In this document: piece after piece, positions 8,850-16,776 of the stretch
Layout: every line of letters starts with the position of its first letter
How positions within the stretch are numbered: position 1 is the stretch's first letter
Virus genome (UHGV): UHGV-0389216
DNA from: a virus
DNA length: 42,736 nucleotides
Reading direction: 5' to 3' (one strand)
Position numbers and translations under genes: made by a program
Notes under the pieces: model-generated
What the model was told of the DNA's origin: nothing
Databases searched by the model: none
The model's input: the letters and a program-made list of their open reading frames with translations, nothing else

Positions 8850-10260
8850 CGCTGACTCACACCTCATTTCCTGTGCGGGCTTTAAGCTCAAAGAATTATT
8901 CAGGTTTAGCGAGTCACGGTCTTACCTGTCGTTGTCATCACTCTGGCCGCCAGAGCAACCTTTCAGTATTCACCCTTTCATTAAAAGTTAATATTTATCG
9001 GTATCAGCGATTAATATGGTCTGATACTGACATGATTCTTGTCGTATTTACTTCCATGAGCTGCTATCGCCCATACTGTTCGTGCCAGTTTGTTTGCCAT
9101 GGCGACGATTGCCACGCTGGCTGGACGACGTTTTTTCAGTTCGGTTATCCACGGACCAGGTTCTTTGGTCAGTAATGCTGCCGCCCTTGCGCCATGAATA
9201 AACAAGGCTCGCAGATATGTATCACCACGTTTGCTTATCCCCAGCAGGCGGATTTTCCCTCCTGAGCCAGTCTGTTTGGGCACCAGACCAACATAAGCCG
9301 CGAACTCTCGCCCTGATTTAAACGCTGATGCTTCCCCCATGGTGGCCACCGCTGCCGTCGCAATAAGTGGCCCAACGCCGGGAATATCCAGCAACCGCTT
9401 ACAGGTTTCATTCTGTTTCGCCACGCTGGTAAGCTGTTTTTCAATATCCTCTATCAGTGAGTCCAGCTCATTCAGCCGGTTGTACTGGTTTTCCAGCACA
9501 GTAATGAGATACGGTGGCAGTCTCTCTTTCATCCGCTCCAGTGCTTCAGGGAACTCCCGCTCCATTGCTGCCCGACCTTTGTGAATTGTTTCACCAAATT
9601 CCAGGAGCGTGCCGTGCAGGGAGTTAATCTGCATGGTGCGGAACTTCACCAGTTGTCTGCGGGAACGATGCAGAACCAGTACCGACTGCTGTTCTTCTGT
9701 TTTGACAGCGATTTCCTTGCCGGGCTGTTGTACTGCCATCCAGATAGCCCGGGCATCCATAACATCGTTTTTATTACCCATGACGAACGCTTTAACGAAG
9801 CGGGCCTGCAACAACCGGACTTTATGACCCAGCTTTGTCAGTTCACGTGCCCAGTGCTGCGAGCCTCCACAGGCCTCCATACCAATCAGGCAGGGTTCCC
9901 GATTACAGAAGAACATCAGAAAATCCTGACGACGCAACTGCTTATCAATCACTTCACCTGTGTGCTCGTCGATGAAGTGAACCTGAATGACATGTTTTGC
10001 GATATCAACGCCAACCGGTGTATATTTCATTTGTGGAGTCTCCAGTCTGAAGGAGCTTTATGCATCCCGTATTGGGCACTATGATGCCGGAAATCTGCGA
10101 GGCTCCACACCTTCCTGTATTTCCCTTCATCTATCACTGTGCACCTTACTTAATGGGGGGGATGTGTTCATTACATTTCATGTATACCAGATGAAAGTGC
10201 ATGTTCTATGAAACAGGGTTTTGCCTGGAGTTTGAAGGGTTTTAAAGATTATACCTGTTT
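8850..10260 (-). mobile_element. IS110-family insertion sequence (boundaries approximate)
   Basis: Contains a single IS110-type transposase ORF with about 160 bp 3' and about 230 bp 5' non-coding flank. Exact ends not determinable by eye. Confidence 0.5.
9011..10030 (-). CDS. IS110-family transposase (DEDD-type)
   Basis: 339 aa starting MKYTPVGVDIAKHVIQVHFIDEHTGEV with ...GMEACGG...NDVMDARA..., the N-terminal DEDD fold pattern of IS110/IS1111 transposases; C-terminal domain follows. Confidence 0.85.
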   Translation of the reverse strand: MKYTPVGVDIAKHVIQVHFIDEHTGEVIDKQLRRQDFLMFFCNREPCLIGMEACGGSQHWARELTKLGHKVRLLQARFVKAFVMGNKNDVMDARAIWMAVQQPGKEIAVKTEEQQSVLVLHRSRRQLVKFRTMQINSLHGTLLEFGETIHKGRAAMEREFPEALERMKERLPPYLITVLENQYNRLNELDSLIEDIEKQLTSVAKQNETCKRLLDIPGVGPLIATAAVATMGEASAFKSGREFAAYVGLVPKQTGSGGKIRLLGISKRGDTYLRALFIHGARAAALLTKEPGPWITELKKRRPASVAIVAMANKLARTVWAIAAHGSKYDKNHVSIRPY

Positions 10261-10628
10261 AATCTGCTACCCATGTTTTTTGATATTATCCACCGCACAC
10301 GATACCGGATGCCAGGTAAACTGATTTGCTGGCACAAAGTCGCTGAGAATTCTTTACCAACAATATATTACCACATCTTTTCCCGCACAGTTTCGGCAAC
10401 AGAATCAGCGGGCGGCGGTCATCAATATTCACTAGACATTGATCTGCCGTACTATCTGACCTGTATTTTGCTGAGACTGCTTATTTCCAGTTTTTACTAG
10501 TGCTGTACTGGTACTGCCCAATCATGATTGGTGGGGGCGGAGTTGAGACCGCAGCCACGTCGTATGCAAGAACGTGCCACGGCTGGCTGATAAGCTTGTA
10601 AAAATCTTGAACAGGGAGTGGAGCATTT

Positions 10629-11276
10629 CTATGAAGCTAATTTGTTTAATTTCATTTGTAGCGACTTTACTTCTTGGTCGATAATGTTGAATCCCTTATT
10701 GACTGCATCTCTTAGCTCTGCATCAATATTTTTTATCCCTTGAGCATAATCTACCATTACATCTATTTTTGCATCATGTAATCTTTTATACATGGTTTTA
10801 TCTTTGTTATTGTCAGCCATACCAATAAGGATTTTTTCATAATCCTCAATGAGTTTGTTGTTTCCTTTAAATGATTGTATTAATGACCGTGAATATGTGT
10901 AGATATTAATTATTGAGTCTCTGGCAGAATCATTTAGTTTTGCAATGACATTCGCATTTTGCTCATAGAATGTGAAATTATCATCCCCTACAGGGAAAGT
11001 GAGAATTAACATCTGTCCGGGTTTGATATTATCAATGTGTGTTTTCATCCTTTTATTATATAAATTGATTAGGGTGAAAACTTCTCCCTTAACACCTTTT
11101 AATACTGAAAGTTGCAATTCAAGGGATTCTCTTTCTGTCTCTACTTTAGACAGCTTAGCTTGTTGGGTAACTCCTTTTAGGGTAAACCATCCGCCAATAA
11201 GAGTACCAACTAGAGCAGTGAGGGAGGAGGATAACCATCCAGGAATGCTATTTAAAAGATTACTAAATTCACTCAT
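10629..11276 (-). CDS. hypothetical membrane-anchored coiled-coil protein
   Basis: 215 aa; N-terminal hydrophobic helix (LSSSLTALVGTLIGGWFTL) then Lys/Glu-rich helical region; AT-rich; no family recognised. Confidence 0.45.
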   Translation of the reverse strand: MSEFSNLLNSIPGWLSSSLTALVGTLIGGWFTLKGVTQQAKLSKVETERESLELQLSVLKGVKGEVFTLINLYNKRMKTHIDNIKPGQMLILTFPVGDDNFTFYEQNANVIAKLNDSARDSIINIYTYSRSLIQSFKGNNKLIEDYEKILIGMADNNKDKTMYKRLHDAKIDVMVDYAQGIKNIDAELRDAVNKGFNIIDQEVKSLQMKLNKLAS

Positions 11277-11334
11277 TATAAGTACTCGCTAATATTGAAC
11301 GATATATATATCAAATTATTATGAAACTCGTCAG

Positions 11335-11613
11335 CTACTGGAGAAGGCTACCTGAACTTCGAGCTATTCCTGCATCCATATAGTTGATGGTCTTCTGGAG
11401 CTCTTCGATTAGGGCAACAGCTTTTGCTCGAGAAATGCATATTAGTTGATCCGGAAATTCTTGTAAGGGCCAGTTTGGTATACAGGCCATGTTATCAGTG
11501 AAGGATGCAGACAAGTAAACTTCATTGGTAACCAGAGAATAGCTTACCTCAAAATTGGTGAGTTCCGGCAAACTGCTAACGTTTGACTCTTTTCTGCGCA
11601 TAATATTATCCAT
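11335..11613 (-). CDS. hypothetical protein (start uncertain)
   Basis: Open frame runs to 11778, but the first 55 codons translate the tandem 12-mer repeat (LLNVLLNVLL). ATG at 11613 (MDNIMRRK...) is proposed as start; no clear SD. Confidence 0.35.
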   Translation of the reverse strand: MDNIMRRKESNVSSLPELTNFEVSYSLVTNEVYLSASFTDNMACIPNWPLQEFPDQLICISRAKAVALIEELQKTINYMDAGIARSSGSLLQ

Positions 11614-11750
11614 GACTGTAATTATATACAGGTGATGGTCTTCAATTTCGAAGAGGGAGTCAAGGGGAGTCTCAAATGAACCGTTATAGAAAGGGGGGGA
11701 TCTTTGTGTTGCTGAACTTATGCAAAATTTTTCGCACCATAAATCCAACA

Positions 11751-11782
11751 ACACATTCAATAACACATTCAATAACACATTA
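11751..11782. repeat. tandem direct repeat, 12-bp unit ACACATTCAATA (2.7 copies)
   Basis: ACACATTCAATA ACACATTCAATA ACACATTA read directly, in the AT-rich region upstream of int. Confidence 0.7.
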
Positions 11783-12081
11783 CCGTATCATCATGAAAAT
11801 AAATATATTTTTATTTAATTTCACACATATCACAATTAATACAGCGTTTAGTAATTAGTAAAGACATTTCAATGGATTACCGTTAAATCATTTTAAAATC
11901 AGTAAGTTGTATCGAGTTTGTATGCTTTACTGTCATTAACTTACTGTATGTTGATCCAGTGTATTTAACCTTGATAAACTCAGTCCAGCAACACAAAACC
12001 GCAACACATTGCATTTTGTCCCGTAGAAAAGACTTGTATGTGTGAGCTTGTTTTCTGCGCCTACGCAGATAAGGATTGAGA

Positions 12082-13479
12082 ATGCCGCGCACTGTAACAC
12101 ATAATCCGGATAGCCCCAATAATGACGATGTTTTAGCCGCATCTGAAAAATGGGACGCCTGTAAACCCCCCTATACCAGCGCACACATGAAAATCTGTGT
12201 TGCTGCCGCCAAAATCATCCTCGCTGCTTCCGGCGTGGCTCGCCGTTCCAAATACGAAAAAGAGAACTATCTCCGTATCGATTTCAGCAAAGCCGGTAAG
12301 GTTACATTTTACGCCGAGTTTCCAAAAAAGATGGGCCTCAAGGGTAAAAAGCTCGGCGAGTGGCCGGAGCTCGCTATCCAGCTGGCGCGCGAAAAAGCGC
12401 TAGGTATGGCTGACTGTGGCCTGCGGGCAGAGTCCGTACATGCAGCGCTGGAAATGTACCGGGATGACCTCAAAGCCAAAGTCGCCCGGCAGAAGCTGAG
12501 CCCGGACAGTTTCACAACCTACGGGGTGCGTATCGACCGGATTAAAGCAACGTTCGGCGAGCGCGAGGTGTTCAGCGACGTAACATACAATCGGCTGGTG
12601 GAAGTGCTGGACGAGTGGATCGCTACTCGCTCGAACAATAACGCCCTGGAGTTGTTTGCCGAGCTCCGTCGGTTCTGGAAGTTCTGCGCACCTACTCTTT
12701 GCAACGGCCGCAATGTTGCCGCCAGTCTGCCAGATGATTATGTTTCCTCCCGCGTACAGAAACCTACCCCCACACGGCTTTTTACCGATATTGAATCAAT
12801 CGCCCGACTCTGGCTCAATGTTGCTGCCTGCACCTCTGTACACCAGAAGAATGCTGTTCGCTTCATGATCATCACTGGCGTTCGTCCGATTAATGTCCAT
12901 AACCTGCGCTGGGACTACGTTCACGAGGAGGCTGGTGAAATTGTTTATCCGGAAGGGGTTATCGGCATGCGAGGGGCTATGAAAACACAAAAGGCTTTCC
13001 GCCTGCCGATAACGCCTGAGATCCGGCGGATTATCGACGAGCAGAAAGCCTGGCGTGATTCAGTTCCTGAGTGCAACAGGGATTATGTATTTTTGCAGCC
13101 ACGTGATCCAATGCAGCCATTTTCAAAACGATCACTGGATAAGCTGGTGAAAACATACAGCCCGGACGGGGCTGTAAAAGGAATAAAACATGATGGGACT
13201 GTTAAAGGGAAAGACGGTGCATTTAATACGATGTGCCGTAAATTCCTTAAGAGCAATGTTATTGCCTTGATGAAGGAAAGAGGCTATTCCCGATCAGACC
13301 GAAGGGAAATCAGCCTCCTTTGCCTTCACCACTCCAGTAAGTCAGATGACCCGATGGCAGAACATTACGACTTTTCTGATGAGATTTTACAGGAAGAGAT
13401 TGCGTTAAAGCGCGAAGCTTTCGAGGCTCACGAGCGGAGCATACTTGCGCAGGTGGCATTGCTACGGCGGCGAGGTTAA
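12082..13479 (+). CDS. int: tyrosine-type site-specific integrase
   Basis: ATG 12082 preceded by AAGGA. Contains ...MIITGVRPINVHNLRW... and C-terminal ...LCLHHSSKSD...AEHY consistent with R/H/Y catalytic boxes; adjacent convergent AlpA/Xis-like gene. Confidence 0.7.
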   Translation: MPRTVTHNPDSPNNDDVLAASEKWDACKPPYTSAHMKICVAAAKIILAASGVARRSKYEKENYLRIDFSKAGKVTFYAEFPKKMGLKGKKLGEWPELAIQLAREKALGMADCGLRAESVHAALEMYRDDLKAKVARQKLSPDSFTTYGVRIDRIKATFGEREVFSDVTYNRLVEVLDEWIATRSNNNALELFAELRRFWKFCAPTLCNGRNVAASLPDDYVSSRVQKPTPTRLFTDIESIARLWLNVAACTSVHQKNAVRFMIITGVRPINVHNLRWDYVHEEAGEIVYPEGVIGMRGAMKTQKAFRLPITPEIRRIIDEQKAWRDSVPECNRDYVFLQPRDPMQPFSKRSLDKLVKTYSPDGAVKGIKHDGTVKGKDGAFNTMCRKFLKSNVIALMKERGYSRSDRREISLLCLHHSSKSDDPMAEHYDFSDEILQEEIALKREAFEAHERSILAQVALLRRRG

Positions 13480-13676
13480 TACCGGCTGCGACACTTTTGA
13501 ATAAAAGCATCGACATTGCGGCGCTCATAACGAACTACTTTTGCACTGAAACGAATTGGTGCCAGGATAGCCCGATGACGATGCTTAATATTCCACTCAC
13601 ATAGCGTTTTCTGTGTAATACCTAACTTTTGGCATACTTCATCCGGGGTGAGTAAATCGTCGGGTTTCTCGCTCAT
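13476..13676 (-). CDS. AlpA/Xis-family small DNA-binding protein (putative excisionase)
   Basis: 66 aa; ...LLTPDEVCQKLGITQKTLCEW... is a MerR/AlpA-like helix-turn-helix; last gene of early-left operon, abutting int. Confidence 0.65.
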   Translation of the reverse strand: MSEKPDDLLTPDEVCQKLGITQKTLCEWNIKHRHRAILAPIRFSAKVVRYERRNVDAFIQKCRSRY

Positions 13677-15067
13677 GCTATACCTCTCTTTTTCATGGCA
13701 TCGAGCAGGATGTCCTGCACTGTTCGTTTTGAGTTGCGCCGTTCCATCACCATTTCGTCCATAGTGTCGGCGGCGATAATGTGGTGAATGAACACCGGGC
13801 GGTTGTGTCCGGCCTGTATCTGCCTGGTGGGGCCGATACGTTCAATAATTTGCTGATATTGCTCCAGGTCCCACCAGTGTGAGAAAAATACCAGTATATT
13901 TCCGCCGTCCTGCATGTTCAGACCGTGGCCCGCGCTGGCTGGGTGTGCAAAGAGAACAGGAATCTTTCCGGAATTCCAGTCGCGCAGTGTCTGTGGATCC
14001 TGGTCGAGGTGACGACCGCGAGGGAATGCTTTAAGCAAGCGTTCAAGATCGTGTTTCCAGTGATAAGCAACCAGCACAGGTGCGCCAGCTGCTTCGGTCA
14101 GTATGCTGTCCAGCGCCTGCAGTTTGGTGTCATGCAGTTCTGACCAACTTCCGGTGTCGTCTGTGTATACTGCGCCACTGGCGATTTGCAGACACTTCAG
14201 TGTCTTTGCCGCGGCGTTCGGTGCTTCGATGCCTTCGCCATTCAGCTCGAGGAACATTTCCTTTTCCATTTCACGATACTGCTGACGGGCCTTCGGCGGC
14301 ATATCCACGCGGATTACGTTATGGATGGGGTCTTTGATATCGAACCAGTCGGCCGCATCCAGCGATAGGGTCACATCGGCTAACGCTCGCTGTATTTCAC
14401 CCTGTGAGTGAGCAAACGGCTCCAGTTTGGTCCAGCTCTGCCCCGGAAACTGTATCGAGTTGAACCAGCGTGAGGTAAACGCGCCGTAAGTGCGTCCGAG
14501 ACGTTGCCCCTGGTCCACAAACCACGCTTGTCCCCACAAATCTACCAGGCCGTTCGGTGCTGGCGTACCAGTGAGATTTATCCAGCGCCGGACATACTTA
14601 TGCGCCACTTTGCCCAGCGCCGCCGCGCGCTTACCACCACCTCGCAGCCGGAAGGATTTTAGCCGGGTGCTTTCATCTGGAATGACAGTACCGAACGGCC
14701 ATCGTTCTCCCAATTCCTCAACCAGCCAGACAAGGTTATCGTAGTTGATGGTGAACACGCTCGCGTTGCTGTTCGCCAGCGCTGCAGAGCGCGCTTTGGC
14801 GTTACCAACAATAGGCTGCACCTCGATATTGCGCAGATGCCCCCATTTTAGCGCTTCATCCGGCCATGTGCTTGCTGCAACGCGTAGCGGCGCGAGGACC
14901 AGTGCGGGGCGTGTTTCTGCCCCTGCCATAAAGAGATTTTCCAGCGCAGTGAGCGTTGCCACGGTTTTACCCATTCCCATACCTGCCCAGATGTTGCCGC
15001 GCAGGGTTTCGGTTTCGTGGTTGATAATGAGATCTTGGTAGGGGCGAGGTATATATTTTGGGGGCAT
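13673..15067 (-). CDS. SNF2/DEAD-like superfamily 2 helicase
   Basis: 464 aa; Walker A GMGMGKT, Walker B/DEAD-like VIPDESTRLK, C-terminal helicase motifs; coupled to downstream gene. Confidence 0.8.
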   Translation of the reverse strand: MPPKYIPRPYQDLIINHETETLRGNIWAGMGMGKTVATLTALENLFMAGAETRPALVLAPLRVAASTWPDEALKWGHLRNIEVQPIVGNAKARSAALANSNASVFTINYDNLVWLVEELGERWPFGTVIPDESTRLKSFRLRGGGKRAAALGKVAHKYVRRWINLTGTPAPNGLVDLWGQAWFVDQGQRLGRTYGAFTSRWFNSIQFPGQSWTKLEPFAHSQGEIQRALADVTLSLDAADWFDIKDPIHNVIRVDMPPKARQQYREMEKEMFLELNGEGIEAPNAAAKTLKCLQIASGAVYTDDTGSWSELHDTKLQALDSILTEAAGAPVLVAYHWKHDLERLLKAFPRGRHLDQDPQTLRDWNSGKIPVLFAHPASAGHGLNMQDGGNILVFFSHWWDLEQYQQIIERIGPTRQIQAGHNRPVFIHHIIAADTMDEMVMERRNSKRTVQDILLDAMKKRGIA

Positions 15068-15081
15068 ATAATATGGCTCCT

Positions 15082-15117
15082 AAACAACAAAAGGCCAATT
15101 TAGGCCTTTTGTTGTTT
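15082..15117. terminator. long perfect hairpin, probable terminator for the 305-aa accessory gene
   Basis: AAACAACAAAAGGCC-AATTTA-GGCCTTTTGTTGTTT, 15-bp stem with U-rich 3' arm on either strand. Confidence 0.5.
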
Positions 15118-15129
15118 TAAAAATGTTAT

Positions 15130-16047
15130 TTATAATAGTGCTGTTACTATTGCATCTTTAAAAATATTTTCTTCTTCATTTATTAAAGGTGATGACAGAT
15201 GAATAATTACTTCTTTTCCTGTCAATACTATTTGCTCGACTTGAAATCCTGCGTTGTGTAGTCTTTGGCGTAACTTTTCTAGTGCTGATTTTGATATACT
15301 AAATCCTTCACTCCTTATAGTATAACTGGCAACTCCATTTTTAATAATATCTACAGAGTTGTCAATTTCCTGCTGCGAGTAATTTTTCGGTGAGTCGAAA
15401 AATCTGGATTTTGTCGTTGCTGTTGCCCTAAGAGATATCAATAATGATTTGATATCTTTAATCTCAGATGCCAGATACTCAGTTTCTGATACTTCTTTCT
15501 GGTCTAGTTGTGCAACTTTGAAAGTGCCAAAATGTTTGAGGAATGTTGTGTATTCAGGATCAGTTACTGACTTTAAATATGTTTCTTTTATCTTGCTCGC
15601 AAGTCTTTCTTTGAATAAATTGATTGATTGGTATCTTAAATCCGAAGGGTACTCTAAATGTTCAATTGATGAAATGTCAAAGCTATAAGGAGTGCGCTCG
15701 TCCTTAATAATTACGGTCGGTTTGTCAAATGCGAGACGCATTCCTAATTCAAACATTACATTAGCGTTTCGAGCACTTATATCGCAAACAACTATGGGGT
15801 TTTCATAAAGATTTTGAACAATTCGTTTTTGTATTACTGCAACATCATCATCTGAACTTACCAAATTTGCCTTGAATCCGGCATCATTTGATGCTTCACA
15901 AATAATGTCATGAACATTTCTCCAATGTCCAGTGGGATAACCTTCTATGTCCGCAATTGGCATAATAATGCCGCATATATGAGGTGGCATATTTTTGTTG
16001 TCTTTTACATCATCTTGGTTTATTTCTTTCGTTTGTTGCTTAGCCAT
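15130..16047 (-). CDS. accessory protein with N-terminal Rossmann-like TIR/NDT-like domain and unknown C-terminal domain
   Basis: 305 aa. Residues about 20-140 show alternating hydrophobic strand/helix pattern with ...PIVVCDISARNANVMFELGMRLAFDKPTVII..., the NV-x-x-E-x-G motif class seen in nucleoside 2-deoxyribosyltransferase-like and TIR-like folds; AT-rich; hairpin terminator downstream. Confidence 0.45.
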   Translation of the reverse strand: MAKQQTKEINQDDVKDNKNMPPHICGIIMPIADIEGYPTGHWRNVHDIICEASNDAGFKANLVSSDDDVAVIQKRIVQNLYENPIVVCDISARNANVMFELGMRLAFDKPTVIIKDERTPYSFDISSIEHLEYPSDLRYQSINLFKERLASKIKETYLKSVTDPEYTTFLKHFGTFKVAQLDQKEVSETEYLASEIKDIKSLLISLRATATTKSRFFDSPKNYSQQEIDNSVDIIKNGVASYTIRSEGFSISKSALEKLRQRLHNAGFQVEQIVLTGKEVIIHLSSPLINEEENIFKDAIVTALL

Positions 16048-16062
16048 AGCTTACACAGACTC

Positions 16063-16347
16063 CTATTGTAATTTTTTGCCTAATATACATGAAAGCTCCT
16101 TACTATCCAGTACTACCACGGTAAAGCCCAGTTTTCGCAGACGTTCATGCTCGCGCAACTGATCAGGTCGTGGTGGTTTGCCTGGTGCTTTGCATTCGAC
16201 AAAGACGATGCGACCGCCGGGTAGCAGAACAATGCGATCTGGTACCGAGCGGAGACCGGGAGATACGAACTTAAAGGCAACCCCGCCAGCCTTTTTTACT
16301 TCAGCGACGAGGTGCTTTTCGATTAGGTTTTCACGTTCATAGGCCAT
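16063..16347 (-). CDS. VRR-NUC domain nuclease
   Basis: 94 aa with ...RIVFVECKAPGKPPRPDQLREHERLRKLGFTVVVL..., characteristic of VRR-NUC (PD-(D/E)XK) proteins. Confidence 0.7.
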   Translation of the reverse strand: MAYERENLIEKHLVAEVKKAGGVAFKFVSPGLRSVPDRIVLLPGGRIVFVECKAPGKPPRPDQLREHERLRKLGFTVVVLDSKELSCILGKKLQ

Positions 16348-16541
16348 TAGCTTTCGCCTTCCTGCTTTTTGCGTTTCTTCATGCAGATAGCGCAGTTCTC
16401 AGGATGGTCATGCCATTCGTCAATCCTGATACCTGTGAACATCCATTTTCCGCATAGTGATATGGCTTCCCCCGAATTAAAGAAATGTGCTTTTTTCGAC
16501 AGGGCGGGGAACCCCCAACCTTTATTATCGATATTAGACAT
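16347..16541 (-). CDS. small Cys/His-containing protein, function unknown
   Basis: 64 aa; stop overlaps VRR-NUC start (ATGA); AAGGAGGTGGACG precedes ATG 16541; C/H cluster WHDHPENCAIC. Confidence 0.4.
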   Translation of the reverse strand: MSNIDNKGWGFPALSKKAHFFNSGEAISLCGKWMFTGIRIDEWHDHPENCAICMKKRKKQEGES

Positions 16542-16730
16542 CGTCCACCTCCTTACGCTTTTCGCGCATGTTCTGCATCAGACAAAAATCAAACCGACGT
16601 TCGCTTTGGCCCAGACCTGCATCGCCCGGTCGTACCCGCTGGACTGTTCAAGGCGCAAAGCCTCCCGCGCAGTCCGGTAATAAAGCGGACTGTCCCGGTA
16701 TTTAAATGACATAGGGTTTTTATTCCCAAA

Positions 16731-16753
16731 TAAAAAACCCCGCAATGCAGGGT
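16731..16753 (-). terminator. rho-independent terminator (minus strand) after TIR-like gene
   Basis: Minus-strand CCCTGC-ATT-GCGGGG hairpin followed by TTTTTT. Confidence 0.55.
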
Positions 16754-16776
16754 TGTAATCAACAATAAGGGGGTAA

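Noticed and set aside
8489-9175. ORFs 8489-8827 (minus) and 8873-9175 (plus) between the acyltransferase and the IS110 transposase
   Set aside because: The first overlaps the acyltransferase 5' end out of frame; the second lies in the IS 3' flank antisense to the transposase end. Cys-rich implausible translations; more likely non-coding IS end.
9987-10500. Short plus-strand ORFs (9987-10211, 10273-10500) upstream of the IS110 transposase
   Set aside because: They lie in the region expected to be the IS110 5' non-coding end or insertion scar; no RBS and low-complexity products; a structured RNA is a better hypothesis than protein.
11676-11858. 60-aa plus-strand ORF translating as ...THSITHSITHY...
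   Set aside because: The reading frame is generated by the tandem ACACATTCAATA repeat; repeat artefact.
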